Shown piece by piece: positions 37,373-46,924 of a stretch of DNA of 64,000 nt. Numbering within the stretch: position 1 is the stretch's first letter; the number at the start of each line of letters is the position of its first letter. The notes below the pieces were generated by a model, which was given only the letters and a program-made list of their open reading frames with translations, was not told the origin of the DNA and did not search any database. Origin of the DNA: Rhizobium sp. Q54. GTDB taxonomy: Bacteria; Pseudomonadota; Alphaproteobacteria; SHVZ01. A program made the position numbers and the translations under genes. The stretch is taken from contig CAMBVS010000014.1 in the NCBI GenBank assembly GCA_945871425.1, forward strand, positions 4,497 through 68,496, read 5' to 3'.

Positions 37373-37908
37373 AGCCGTTCCGACAGCCAGATCGCGACCC
37401 GCGAAGCGCCTTTGATCGCCTGCGAGAGCACCGCGTAGCCCGGCGCTTCCTCGGCTCCGGCAGCGAGTGCGGTATCGCGATGCGCCACCTCGTCCTGGCG
37501 GAAGCTTTCCAGTGTCTCACCCAAAGCCGCCTCACCGCCCTCGAGCGAGGCGATCTGGCCGCGATAGTGCTCGTCGATCACCTCCTCGACCGCGACCGTG
37601 CAGGCCATCGCCGCGCGCTCGCCGAGCAGGGCGGTCGCCGCGCCGAGGGCGAAGCCAGCCAGGTGCCAGACCGGCAGGAGCGCTGTCGGCCGGGCCCGGC
37701 GCTCGACCATCAGCGTCTCGAAAGCCTTGAGGTGCTGGCCCTCCTGCTCGGCCATGTGGCGAAGCGCCGGCGCGCTCGGCGACTTGCCGAGCACCGCGAG
37801 CTGGCCCTCGTAGATGCGGCGGGCGCCGTACTCGCCGGCATGGTCAACGCGGAGGATGCGCTCGACCAGCTCCGCGCCCGTAAGATCCCCGGGGAGGCGC
37901 CTCTTCAT
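37369..37908 (-). CDS. coq7: Demethoxyubiquinone hydroxylase (Coq7/Clk-1 di-iron)
   Basis: 'RVDHAGEYGA..IY.GQ', 'AMACTVAVEEVIDEHY', 'DEVAH'. Confidence 0.93.
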   Translation of the reverse strand: MKRRLPGDLTGAELVERILRVDHAGEYGARRIYEGQLAVLGKSPSAPALRHMAEQEGQHLKAFETLMVERRARPTALLPVWHLAGFALGAATALLGERAAMACTVAVEEVIDEHYRGQIASLEGGEAALGETLESFRQDEVAHRDTALAAGAEEAPGYAVLSQAIKGASRVAIWLSERL

Positions 37909-38399
37909 CGGATCAGCTCCGCGCCGCCCCTGAGCCCGACCAGCGCCAGCGCGCCGGAGACCAGGAAGTTCCAGCCTGCCATCGAGATGCCGATGAGAGA
38001 CCAAGCGATCTCGTCGCAACGAACGACGGGTGCGGCCAGCAGCCGGTCGCGAAGGGCCGCGGCGCTGGTCCCGGTCGGACCTGTCGCCCCGCAGGACGCC
38101 GTTCCCTCCCACCAGTGCAGCTCGACGCCGGCGTGATAGGCACCGATGCCCGCGGTGACGGCGAGTGCCAGGGCTGCCGCCAGGGCCGCCCAGCCGGCCG
38201 GCGCCCGCCGCCCCTGGCGGATCAGGAACATGCCGACCAAGCCGGCGGCGATGGCGACGACGTGCGGCCAGCGCTGCCAGAGGCAGAGCACGCAAGGCTG
38301 CAGCCCGCCCCAGTGCTGGAAGGCGAGCGCGCCCAGAAGCAGGGCCGCCGATCCATGGGCGAGGAGGGCCGGGGCGACGCGAGGCGAGAGGAGTTTCAT
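37905..38399 (-). CDS. dsbB: Disulfide bond formation protein B
   Basis: 'PCVLCLWQRWP', 'YHAGVE..WW.G..SC', 'VRCDE..W...GISMAGWN'. Confidence 0.9.
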   Translation of the reverse strand: MKLLSPRVAPALLAHGSAALLLGALAFQHWGGLQPCVLCLWQRWPHVVAIAAGLVGMFLIRQGRRAPAGWAALAAALALAVTAGIGAYHAGVELHWWEGTASCGATGPTGTSAAALRDRLLAAPVVRCDEIAWSLIGISMAGWNFLVSGALALVGLRGGAELIR

Positions 38400-38401
38400 G
38401 G

Positions 38402-38983
38402 CTAAAAAGTATAGCGCACGACGACGAAGCCGCCGACCAGTACGATCGTGCCGACCAGGACCACGATGCCGAGGCGCTCCTCGACGAAGCGGCGGACCGG
38501 CGGGCCGAACCACCAGAGCAGCAGCGCCACCGCATAGAAGCGGATGCCGCGCGACAGGATCGAGGCGGTGAAGAATTCCAGGAGATCGAAGGAGGCGGCG
38601 CCGGAGGCGATGGTGACGAGCTTGTAGGGGATGGGTGTCGCGCCCTTCAGCACGATGATCCACCAGCCGTATTCGGCGAAGGCCTGCTCGAACTGCCTGA
38701 TGGCATCGCCATAGCCGTAGATGGTGAGGACCGGCCGGCCGATCGCCTCGAAGCCCCAGTGGCCGATGGCGTATCCCAGCAGCCCGCCCAGCACCGAGGC
38801 GACCAGGCAGACGGTCGCATAGAAGAAGGCACGGTCGCGCCTGGCAAGGATCATCGGGATCAGCAGGACGTCCGGCGGGATCGGAAAGACCGAACTCTCG
38901 ACGAAGGAGACGACGGCGAGCCACGGCAGCGCCCGCGGATCGGCGGCCATGCGCAGCAGCCAGTCATACATTCGGCGAAGCAT
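38402..38983 (-). CDS. YqaA/DedA (VTT domain) membrane protein
   Basis: 'SFVESSVFPIPPD', 'TPIPYK', 'SRGIRF'. Confidence 0.9.
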   Translation of the reverse strand: MLRRMYDWLLRMAADPRALPWLAVVSFVESSVFPIPPDVLLIPMILARRDRAFFYATVCLVASVLGGLLGYAIGHWGFEAIGRPVLTIYGYGDAIRQFEQAFAEYGWWIIVLKGATPIPYKLVTIASGAASFDLLEFFTASILSRGIRFYAVALLLWWFGPPVRRFVEERLGIVVLVGTIVLVGGFVVVRYTF

Positions 38984-39104
38984 CGGCAATCCAGTCAGGC
39001 AGGATCGGAGTCGAGGTCATAGACGCGGGCTCTGCGTACCGCAATCGTCTTCCGACCCGCCTGCGGCACCGTCGCCGTTGGCAAGCCCGGCCCTGGCGGT
39101 AAGC

Positions 39105-40463
39105 ATGGGTTCGCCCGCGGTAGAGCCGGCAAGAGCAGCACGGGGGGTGACGGATGAGTCGACTCGGCCGCAGCGCGGAATGGCTGCCCTGCTCGGCCCT
39201 CTCGCGGCCGTCCTTCATGTGGTCCTGCGCTATGGCGTGAATTTCCCCTTCGCCGATCAGTGGGACTTCATCGCCTTCTTCGCCGCGCAGGAGGCCGGCG
39301 AGCTTCGATGGCGCGACGTCTGGGCGCTCCACAACGAGCACCGGATGGTTGCGCCCAAGCTGGCGATGCTGGGGCTCGCCTCGTTGACACGCTGGAACAT
39401 CGTCGCGGAGATGCTGGCGAGCGTCGTGCTGGCGCTCGCCAGCTTGCTGATCTTGCTGCAGCTGGCGCAGCCGGTCCTCCGGGGAAGCGGGCAGGTGGGA
39501 CGGCTGTGGACGATGCTCACCCTCTCACTCTACGTCTTCTCGCTCGCCCAGGGAACGAACCGGCTCTGGGGCTGGCAGATCCAATGGTTCCTCAGCCTCT
39601 TCGCAGCGGTCCTCACCGTCGCCCTGGCGACGTGGAGCCTCGGAAGCGTGCGCCCGTGGGCCTACGTCGCCGGCGCGGCCCTCGCCGCCCTGGTCTGCCA
39701 GTTCAGCATCGCCAGCGGCGTGGTCGCCTGGGGCGCCGGCGCAATGGTCCTCGCCGTCCATCCGCTTCGCCGCCGCGTTCTCGCGCCCTGGCTGGCGGCG
39801 GCCGCCGTCGCCACCGCCGCCTTCTTCGTCGGCAACGAGCGCCATAACGGGCTGCCGTCCCTGCTGATCGCGCGCGACCATCCTCTGCTGCTCCTCGAAT
39901 ATGTCGGCAACTACCTCTCGGGGCCGCTCGGTCGGCATGCCGCCATCGGTCTTGTCGTCGGCCTCGCCTTCGTCGGCCTCGTTCCGATCGCAGCGAGCCG
40001 CCATCGCGAGCGGCCGGACCTGTTCATGCCGTGGATCGCCCTCGGCCTCTTCGCCGGCGCCAACGCGGTGCTGACCGCCATCGGCCGCGTCGGCATGGGC
40101 GCCGAGCAGGGGCTGGTGGCCCGCTACGCGACCATCGCGCCGCTGATGACGGTTTCGGTCGTGCTGCTGGGGATCCTGGCGTTCCGCGCCTGGCCGTCGG
40201 GGCGCCTGACGGCGCTCACGCCGGTCGGGGCCGTCGCCGGCGGCGCCCTGCTGGCCTTGCCGGCGATCGTGGCCGATGTCCGCGGCATGGCCGACCTCAA
40301 GGAGGTCAATCGGCGGATCGTCGCCGGCCGGACCTGCGTGCTGGCGATCGACACGGCGCCCGACCCATGCCTCGTCCGCCTTCGCCCCGATCCGGCGGTG
40401 GTCCGTCTCCGCGCCCCGCAGCTAAAGGCTCTCGGCCTGAGCGGCTTCGCTTCGAAACGCTAG
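39105..40463 (+). CDS. Polytopic membrane protein, candidate GT-C glycosyltransferase
   Basis: Roughly 11-12 TM segments; acidic loop motif 'PFADQWD' after TM1, 'HNEHR', 'WGWQ', 'GR..G...RY'; start uncertain (39105/39147/39180). Confidence 0.65.
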   Translation: MGSPAVEPARAARGVTDESTRPQRGMAALLGPLAAVLHVVLRYGVNFPFADQWDFIAFFAAQEAGELRWRDVWALHNEHRMVAPKLAMLGLASLTRWNIVAEMLASVVLALASLLILLQLAQPVLRGSGQVGRLWTMLTLSLYVFSLAQGTNRLWGWQIQWFLSLFAAVLTVALATWSLGSVRPWAYVAGAALAALVCQFSIASGVVAWGAGAMVLAVHPLRRRVLAPWLAAAAVATAAFFVGNERHNGLPSLLIARDHPLLLLEYVGNYLSGPLGRHAAIGLVVGLAFVGLVPIAASRHRERPDLFMPWIALGLFAGANAVLTAIGRVGMGAEQGLVARYATIAPLMTVSVVLLGILAFRAWPSGRLTALTPVGAVAGGALLALPAIVADVRGMADLKEVNRRIVAGRTCVLAIDTAPDPCLVRLRPDPAVVRLRAPQLKALGLSGFASKR

Positions 40464-40473
40464 CGGCGGCCGT

Positions 40474-41214
40474 CTACAGGCTCAGCTGCTTGAACACGCG
40501 CTCGGGGATCAGCCGGATGATCAGCATGATCGGCCGCCAGAACCAGGGCAGATAGACGACGTCACGGCCCTTCTCGATCGCGGCCAGGATCCCGGCGGCG
40601 ATGGCTTCAGGCTTCGCCCAGAGCGGGCCGCCCTTGGCGATGCCGGCCGTCATCGGCGTATCGACGAAGCCGGGCTTGATCGTGAGCACCTGCACGCCCG
40701 CGCCGGCGAGCCGGTTGCGCAGACCCTGCAGGAACAGGCTGACCATGCCCTTGGCGGCGCCGTAGACGTAGTTGCTCTTGCGGCCGCGATCGCCGGCGAC
40801 CGAGGAGATGACGGCGATGACCCCGGCCCGCCCCGCCTCGAAGCGGTTGGCGACCAGGGTCAGGAGCGCGATGACGCCGAGCGCGTTGGTCTCGATGTCG
40901 GCAAGCGTGCGATCGACCGACGCCTCGCAGGCCTTCTGGTCGGGAAGCACGCCATGGGCGACCAGCACGATGTCGAGGCCGCCCATCGCCTGCTCGGCTG
41001 CCGCCAGCAAGGCCGCGTGACGGCTCCGGTCATTGGCGTCGAGCGCCATCACCTCGACGGAGCCGGCGCCGCGGGCGGCCAGGTCCTGCCGGACCATCTC
41101 CAGCCGGCTGAGATTGCGCGCGGCCAGAAAAAGCCGGTCGCCGCGCGCGGCCAGCAACCGTGCCGTCGCCTGGGCGATGGCCGAGGTAGCGCCGACGATC
41201 AGCACCTTGCGCAT
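40474..41214 (-). CDS. dprE2: DprE2-like SDR (polyprenyl-phospho-2-keto-pentose reductase)
   Basis: 'GATSAIA', 'SSVAGDRGRKSNYVYGAAK', 'KPGFVDTPMT'. Confidence 0.85.
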   Translation of the reverse strand: MRKVLIVGATSAIAQATARLLAARGDRLFLAARNLSRLEMVRQDLAARGAGSVEVMALDANDRSRHAALLAAAEQAMGGLDIVLVAHGVLPDQKACEASVDRTLADIETNALGVIALLTLVANRFEAGRAGVIAVISSVAGDRGRKSNYVYGAAKGMVSLFLQGLRNRLAGAGVQVLTIKPGFVDTPMTAGIAKGGPLWAKPEAIAAGILAAIEKGRDVVYLPWFWRPIMLIIRLIPERVFKQLSL

Positions 41215-41227
41215 GGGACGTCTCCGA

Positions 41228-42535
41228 TCATCTGCGAGCATCGAGGGTGACCCGGCGCCAGAACGCCGACATCACCTTAGGATCGCGCATGGACTCGAGC
41301 TTTTCCCAATCAGGGAAGGTCCGGCCGAAGACCTCGCCCGACATGCGGGCGTCCTTCGCCGGATAGACACCGCCGCCGGCATCCATAACGACACGGTCGA
41401 GGCGGTCCAGCAGACCCAGGGTCGGCTCCCCGCGGAACGGGAAGTCGAGGGCGAGCGTGGCACCGGGGCGCGGGAACGAGAGCAGGCCGCACCCCGGCAT
41501 CGTCCCGAACAGCTTCAGCACCGAAAGGAAGGACCCCTGGCCATCGGCGGCGATGAGATCGAGGATCCGGCGAAGCGCCGCGGGCGCCGAACCAGGCGGC
41601 ACCACGCATTGGTACTGCACGAAGCCGCGCTGCCCGTAGAGCCGGTTCCAGTCGAGGATGGAATCGAGCGGATAGAAATAGGTCAGGTAGTGCTGGATCG
41701 AATGCCGGGACCGTGGGAAGCGGTAGTAGAGCTCGTTGAAGGCGCGGAGCGTCAGCCGGTTCACTGGCGAGACCGGCGGCGTGAACGGGACCCGGCGGGC
41801 GCCCCGCGGCGCCTCGTGCTTGCCGCTCGGCGTCGGCGCGTGGTTCGCACGCATGAAGAGGCCGCGGCCGAGATCCTGGCCACGGGCAAGGCAGTCGATC
41901 CAGGCGACGGTGTAGTCGTGGCTCCGGTCGGACTCGGCCGCGAGGGCGAAGAAGGCGTCGAGATCGGGGAAGCGGAGGGTCTCGACGTCGAGCCAGGGTC
42001 CCTCGACGCGGATGAGCTGAAGCTCCGCCCAGGTGACGAGACCGGTCAGGCCGAGCCCGCCAACCGTTGAGCAGAACCAGTCAGGTTCCAGGTCGGGTCC
42101 GCAGAGGATGCGTCGCCCGTCGGAGCGCAGCAGCTCGAACCGGAGCACATGGTTGCCGAAACTGCCGCGCCGATGGTGGTTCTTGCCGTGAACGTCGTTG
42201 GCGATAGCGCCGCCGACGGTGACCAGCCGGGTCCCGGGCGTGACCGCCAGGAACCAGCCCTTGGGCACGGTCAGCTCCAGGATGTCGCCGAGGAGCACGC
42301 CGGCCTCGCAGGCGAGCCGTCCGGTCGACGGATCGAAGGCGATGAAGCGGTCGAGCCCGCGCACATCGAGGAGCGTCCCGCCATCGGCGAGACAGCTGTC
42401 GCCGTAGCTGCGGCCGTTGCCGCGCGGCAGAACCTCTCCTGCGATCGCCGGCCATCCCTGGTCGCGCCAGGAGAGCGCAACCGCCCGCTGGGGCAGCTTC
42501 GGATAGTGTCCCCAGCTCGCGTAAGCGTCGGTCAT
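41228..42535 (-). CDS. dprE1: DprE1-like FAD-dependent oxidoreductase
   Basis: 'RGNGRSYGD', 'PGT..VTVGGAIANDVHGKNHH', 'YGQRGFVQYQ', 'TLALDF', 'YPAKD'. Confidence 0.9.
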   Translation of the reverse strand: MTDAYASWGHYPKLPQRAVALSWRDQGWPAIAGEVLPRGNGRSYGDSCLADGGTLLDVRGLDRFIAFDPSTGRLACEAGVLLGDILELTVPKGWFLAVTPGTRLVTVGGAIANDVHGKNHHRRGSFGNHVLRFELLRSDGRRILCGPDLEPDWFCSTVGGLGLTGLVTWAELQLIRVEGPWLDVETLRFPDLDAFFALAAESDRSHDYTVAWIDCLARGQDLGRGLFMRANHAPTPSGKHEAPRGARRVPFTPPVSPVNRLTLRAFNELYYRFPRSRHSIQHYLTYFYPLDSILDWNRLYGQRGFVQYQCVVPPGSAPAALRRILDLIAADGQGSFLSVLKLFGTMPGCGLLSFPRPGATLALDFPFRGEPTLGLLDRLDRVVMDAGGGVYPAKDARMSGEVFGRTFPDWEKLESMRDPKVMSAFWRRVTLDARR

Positions 42536-42538
42536 GCG

Positions 42539-43990
42539 TCAGAAGGCGAGAAGGATGACGACCGCCATTGCGAGCGCGACGGCGCGGCTGACCCGATCCT
42601 TCACCGCGAAGACGATCGGATCGTCGTGCATGTTGCCGCGATGGGCGACCAGCCAGGCCCGGCTGACCCAATAGAGCAGCAGCGGGCACAGCAGCCAGAG
42701 CGCATCCGGCCGGCTGTAAAGCGGCAGGACCGCCGGGCTGTTGACGTAGAGCGCCAGGACCAGGACCGAGAGATAGCCGGCACCGCCGCCGAGCGCCGAG
42801 AGCAGCTCGAGGTCGCCCGTCCGGTAGCCACGGCCCGGAGCGGTGGCCTCTCCCGCCTCGCGCACGCCGAGAAGCTCGGTATAGCGCTTCAGAAGGGCGA
42901 GGCTGAGGAAGATGAACATGGAAAATGCGAGCAGCCAGAACGACGGCCAGAGCCCAAGCGCCGCCGAGCCGCCGATCAGCCGCAAGGTGTAGAGGCCGGC
43001 CAGGATGAAGACGTCCACCAGGACGAGGCGTTTGACGCCGAATGAATAGGCGGTGGTGACCACGACATAGACGGCGAGCACGCCGACGAAGGCGGGCGAA
43101 ACCGCGAACGCAACCGCCAGGGCGGCCCCCAACAGAAGCGGCGCCAAGACGATGCCGTTCAGCGCCGGCACGTTGCCGGCCGCGAACACCCGCATGCGTT
43201 TGCGCGGATGGCGCCGGTCGTCGGCGAGATCGAGCAGGTCGTTCACCACGTAGATCGCCGAAGCGCAGAGCCCGAAGGCAATGAAGGCAAGCGCCGCCAA
43301 CAGGATCTGCCCGGGCTCGAGCACGGCATGCGCGGTCACGAGGGGAACGAATACCAGCAGGTTCTTCAGCCATTGCTGCGGCCGAAGAGCCTGCAGATGG
43401 CTTTGGATCGCAGCGGGGCGGTCGTCGAAGCTGGCGGCGACGTCGGTGATCGCCTCGACCTTGCCGGCGATGCCGGGTCCGGGATTGACGATCACGGCCG
43501 AGCGCGCGGACGGCCAGACCGAGAGGTCGGCCTGGTCGTTGCCGGCGTAGTCGAAGCCCTTCTCGCCGAAGCGCTCGACCAGTCGCGCGCGTTTGGCGTC
43601 GGCCTTGAGATTGGTCGAGCCGTCGCTCGCCAGGACCTCGTCGAACAGGCCGAGGTGACCGGCGATCGGCGTCGCCGCGCCATGGTCGGAGGCGGTGGCC
43701 AGAACCAGAGGCTGGCCTGCGGCCCTCCGCTCCTTGAGGAACGCGATGAAGGCTTCGTTGTAGGGAAGCGTCGTCGGATCGATCGACGCCCGGCGGGCGA
43801 CCTCGGCCTTGAGCCGCGCCTTCCCGCCCCCGGCGAGCCAGGACAGCATGTCGAAGGCGGCGAGCGGACGCTGGCGAAGCAGGACGAGTGCGCCCTCGAC
43901 CAGGAGGTCGGTCTTGATCAGGGTGCCGTCCAGATCGACGACCAGCGGAGGCTGCGATGAAGCCGCGCCTTTCTGTCCCGGAGCCGACAT
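42539..43990 (-). CDS. HAD-UbiA fusion: polyprenyl-phosphate phosphoribosyltransferase with N-terminal phosphatase-like domain
   Basis: HAD 'VDLDGTL'; UbiA 'RPQQWLKNLL', 'NDLLD...DRRHPRKR', 'HDDP'. Confidence 0.9.
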   Translation of the reverse strand: MSAPGQKGAASSQPPLVVDLDGTLIKTDLLVEGALVLLRQRPLAAFDMLSWLAGGGKARLKAEVARRASIDPTTLPYNEAFIAFLKERRAAGQPLVLATASDHGAATPIAGHLGLFDEVLASDGSTNLKADAKRARLVERFGEKGFDYAGNDQADLSVWPSARSAVIVNPGPGIAGKVEAITDVAASFDDRPAAIQSHLQALRPQQWLKNLLVFVPLVTAHAVLEPGQILLAALAFIAFGLCASAIYVVNDLLDLADDRRHPRKRMRVFAAGNVPALNGIVLAPLLLGAALAVAFAVSPAFVGVLAVYVVVTTAYSFGVKRLVLVDVFILAGLYTLRLIGGSAALGLWPSFWLLAFSMFIFLSLALLKRYTELLGVREAGEATAPGRGYRTGDLELLSALGGGAGYLSVLVLALYVNSPAVLPLYSRPDALWLLCPLLLYWVSRAWLVAHRGNMHDDPIVFAVKDRVSRAVALAMAVVILLAF

Positions 43991-43994
43991 GTCC

Positions 43995-44414
43995 TCAGCG
44001 TCGATAATTGCGAAAGGTCCAGTACTTGTGGCCGACGAAGCTGGTGAAGACCGGCACGATCACGCCCACCACATGGGCCAGCGTCTCGGCATGCTCGACC
44101 ACCCCGACCGCGGGCAGGGCATAGTAGGCGAGAGCCAGGCTGATGACGAGGGTCTGGGCCACGGCGAGCAGGTTGACGAGAGCGAAGGCCAGCATCTCGC
44201 CAGGGACGCCGCGGTCGCCAGGCCCGAAGACCAGGAGGCGGTTCAAGACATAGGCCGTCGCCATGCCGGTGAGATAGGCCGCCACCACGGCGACGGTGTA
44301 GGTGACGGCCTGGCTGTAGAGGAGCCGCGACAGGACGTTGACCAGGGCTGCGACGCCGCCGGCGAGGAGGAAGCGCAGCAGGCCCGAAGTGACGAAGGCG
44401 TCCTTGAGCCTCAT
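43995..44414 (-). CDS. GtrA family flippase-like protein
   Basis: 4 TM; 'RFLLAGG', 'YVLNR..VF', 'HKYWTF'. Confidence 0.88.
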   Translation of the reverse strand: MRLKDAFVTSGLLRFLLAGGVAALVNVLSRLLYSQAVTYTVAVVAAYLTGMATAYVLNRLLVFGPGDRGVPGEMLAFALVNLLAVAQTLVISLALAYYALPAVGVVEHAETLAHVVGVIVPVFTSFVGHKYWTFRNYRR

Positions 44415-45706
44415 CGACCGGCGACGACCTCCGCCAGGCGCCGGCCGACGGCGACGCTTTCGGAGATCGAGCGGTCCTCCGGGTAGTAGTAGGAGGTATC
44501 CGCCATGTAGAAGCCAGGAAGCCGGCTCTCCATCGGCGGCAGCTTGTCGTAGAAGCCGGGCGTGCAGACGGTCTGGGCGAACTCGTAGCGCGACACCTTG
44601 GCAGCGATCACCTGGTCGTCCTCGAACGCCGGGTTGATGCGCTTGAGACAAGCCTTCACCTCGGCGATCAGCTCGGCGTCCGGCCGCTTCCAGTTCGGAT
44701 GGGCCTTCGGCATGTAGTAGGGCGCATAGAGGATATGCGCCTCGCCCGGATGCAGGTTCGAGTACTCGATGACGCCGGGGATCGGGATCTCCGGGTCGGT
44801 GATGTTCATCCAGAAATAGGGCGTCACCGGGCGCGTCATCTTCAGGATCACGCAGGCGACCGCGATGTTGTCGATCTCGGCGATGCGGCGGCGCTCGTCC
44901 TCCGGCAGCGCCGGCACCAGCCGCGTCACATAGGGCAGCGGCACCGTGGAGACCACCTGGTCGTGCCGCTCGACGCCGCCTTCCAGGCGGACACCGACCG
45001 CACGCCCGTCCTCGGCCACGACCTCGCGCACCGTGCTCTTGAGACGGATGGCGCCGCCGGCGGCGAGTATCCGCGCCTCCATCGCCGAAAGCAGCGTGTC
45101 AGAGCCACCGTCGAGCGTGCCTAGGCGCTCCTGGAACAGGCTCTTCCTCGACTTGGCGACGCGCTTGATACGGGTGCCGATCCAGGCCGCGGAGAGACGG
45201 TGCGCGTGCTCGAAGAACTTGAGCTCGAACAGGTTGCGCCAGAGGACCTCGTAGGCTTCGGCGCCGACCCAGCGGCGGAGCCAGTCGGTCGCCTCGACCT
45301 TGTCCAGCGGCCGCCAGTCCTTGATCCCCTTGGTATAGAGGACGTGCAGCGCGTAGCGGATCTTGGCGACCAGGCCGAGATGGGGGAACAGCAGCAGCCG
45401 GTCGGGCCGGCCCCACTCGTAGAGCGTGCCCCGGTAGAAGAAGCCCATCCGGGTGTCGACCCAGCGGAGCGTGCCCGAGAGGCCGAGCTCGTCCAGAAGC
45501 GCGAACAGCGCGTGGTCGGTGGCGCAGATGAAATGGTAGTAGCGCTCGATCTTCAGGCCGTCGAAGTCGAAGGAGGCGGACATGCCGCCGATGCGGTCGT
45601 CGGCCTCGTAGATCGTCACCTTGTGGCCGCGCTTCAGCAGCTCATGCGCGCAGGCGAGGCCCATGGGACCCGCGCCGAGCACGGCGACGCTGCGGGCCTC
45701 AGACAT
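44411..45706 (-). CDS. FAD-dependent oxidoreductase (protoporphyrinogen/amine oxidase-like)
   Basis: 'GAGPMGL', 'E....IGG', 'ERYYHF', 'YYYPEDRS'. Confidence 0.85.
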   Translation of the reverse strand: MSEARSVAVLGAGPMGLACAHELLKRGHKVTIYEADDRIGGMSASFDFDGLKIERYYHFICATDHALFALLDELGLSGTLRWVDTRMGFFYRGTLYEWGRPDRLLLFPHLGLVAKIRYALHVLYTKGIKDWRPLDKVEATDWLRRWVGAEAYEVLWRNLFELKFFEHAHRLSAAWIGTRIKRVAKSRKSLFQERLGTLDGGSDTLLSAMEARILAAGGAIRLKSTVREVVAEDGRAVGVRLEGGVERHDQVVSTVPLPYVTRLVPALPEDERRRIAEIDNIAVACVILKMTRPVTPYFWMNITDPEIPIPGVIEYSNLHPGEAHILYAPYYMPKAHPNWKRPDAELIAEVKACLKRINPAFEDDQVIAAKVSRYEFAQTVCTPGFYDKLPPMESRLPGFYMADTSYYYPEDRSISESVAVGRRLAEVVAGR

Positions 45707-46646
45707 AGGGCTTCACCTGGACCTTGCTGTAGACGGGATCGCAGAAGGTCTCGCGGATCGCGTCCACGAAGGGCGTCGGGCGGACGCCGAAGGTCGCCTC
45801 GATGTCGACGCCGGTGAACTCGTCGCCGGCGGTCAGCGCCTTCAGCTGGTCGGCGGTGAAGGGCGGGTTGGCGCTGAACAGCGCATAGACCCGGAGCAGG
45901 AAGGCGAACAGGCCGACCGGGATGTGCACGATCGGCGTCTTCAGGCCCTTGGCGTCGCGGATGGCCCGGATGATGTCGACATAGTCGACCCGCTCGGCGC
46001 CGGCGAGATCGTAGACCGTCCCCTGCGGGCGGCGTTCCAGGCAGACGGCGATCACGCGGCAGAAGTCGCGGTTGTAGAGGGGCTGGCGCATGTAGCGGCC
46101 ATGGCCGGGGATGGGGAACACCGGCACGCGCTCGAGGAAGCGGGCGAGCCAGCCCAGGTGCTTCGGGTCGAACCAGCCGAACATCAGGGTCGGGCGCAGC
46201 ACGCAATGGGGAAGCCCGGACGCCCGGACCAGCTCCTCCTGCGCCCGCTTGGTGCGGGTGTAGTCGTCGTCGGCGACCGAGTTCAGCACCGAGGAGCTGA
46301 CATGGACGATGTAGGGGACGGCCGAGCGCCGGCACTCGTCCAGCACCAGCCGGGTCGCCTCGATGTTGTTGCGGACGAAAGGCCCCTCGCCCTTGCCGGT
46401 GATCTGGGCATGGAGCTGGACGAGCGCGTCGGCGCCGGCGAAATGGCCCTGCCAGGCGCCGGGTTCGGCCAGATCGGCCTCGACCGCGGTGACCTTCGGA
46501 TGGAGCCGGGCCAGAACGCCGAGATTATGGGCGTGCTTGTCGATGGCGACCAGGTCGAGGTCGGGCCGCTCGGCCAGCAGGGTCACGAGATTCTGCCCGA
46601 CCAGCCCGGCGGCGCCGGTGATGACGATCTTCTTCCGTTGTGGCAA
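45699..46646 (-). CDS. NAD-dependent epimerase/dehydratase (extended SDR)
   Basis: 'TGAAGLVG', 'YTRTK', 'LRPTLMFG'; TTG start with SD GAGAGGG inferred. Confidence 0.85.
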   Translation of the reverse strand: MPQRKKIVITGAAGLVGQNLVTLLAERPDLDLVAIDKHAHNLGVLARLHPKVTAVEADLAEPGAWQGHFAGADALVQLHAQITGKGEGPFVRNNIEATRLVLDECRRSAVPYIVHVSSSVLNSVADDDYTRTKRAQEELVRASGLPHCVLRPTLMFGWFDPKHLGWLARFLERVPVFPIPGHGRYMRQPLYNRDFCRVIAVCLERRPQGTVYDLAGAERVDYVDIIRAIRDAKGLKTPIVHIPVGLFAFLLRVYALFSANPPFTADQLKALTAGDEFTGVDIEATFGVRPTPFVDAIRETFCDPVYSKVQVKPYV

Positions 46647-46769
46647 CGAAACAGCCCTCTCGGCCGTGGGTCGGGCGTGATGCCGGCTTAAGGGGGCGAC
46701 CGGCCGTCGCTCGGGCGAGCCAATCGCACAGGCGGGGACGGCTGTCAAAGACCCGGGCTCCGGGCTCCC

Positions 46770-46798
46770 TTGTCGCCCCGCCCCCTCGGCTTTATGGT
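46770..46798 (+). promoter_or_regulatory. Sigma70 promoter of tRNA-Leu
   Basis: TTGTCG-N17-TATGGT, 12 nt upstream of the tRNA. Confidence 0.6.
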
Positions 46799-46810
46799 CC
46801 GCGCCTGAGT

Positions 46811-46896
46811 GCCCCAGTGGCGAAACGGTAGACGCGGCAGACTCAAAATCTGTTGCCGGCAACGGCGTGCTGGTTCAAGTCCGGCCTGGGGCACCA
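46811..46896 (+). tRNA. tRNA-Leu(CAA)
   Basis: Acceptor GCCCCAG/CTGGGGC, anticodon arm GCAGA-CTCAAAA-TCTGT, long variable arm, T-loop TTCAAGT, encoded CCA. Confidence 0.97.
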
Positions 46897-46924
46897 ACCC
46901 GACTCGATCGCGGCGAATCCGGTC

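Noticed and set aside
46811-46896. tRNA-Leu as the integration site of a genomic island
   Set aside because: No integrase, and I found no convincing duplicated 3' end in the window; a 10-bp match near 1802 lies inside a CDS and is probably chance.
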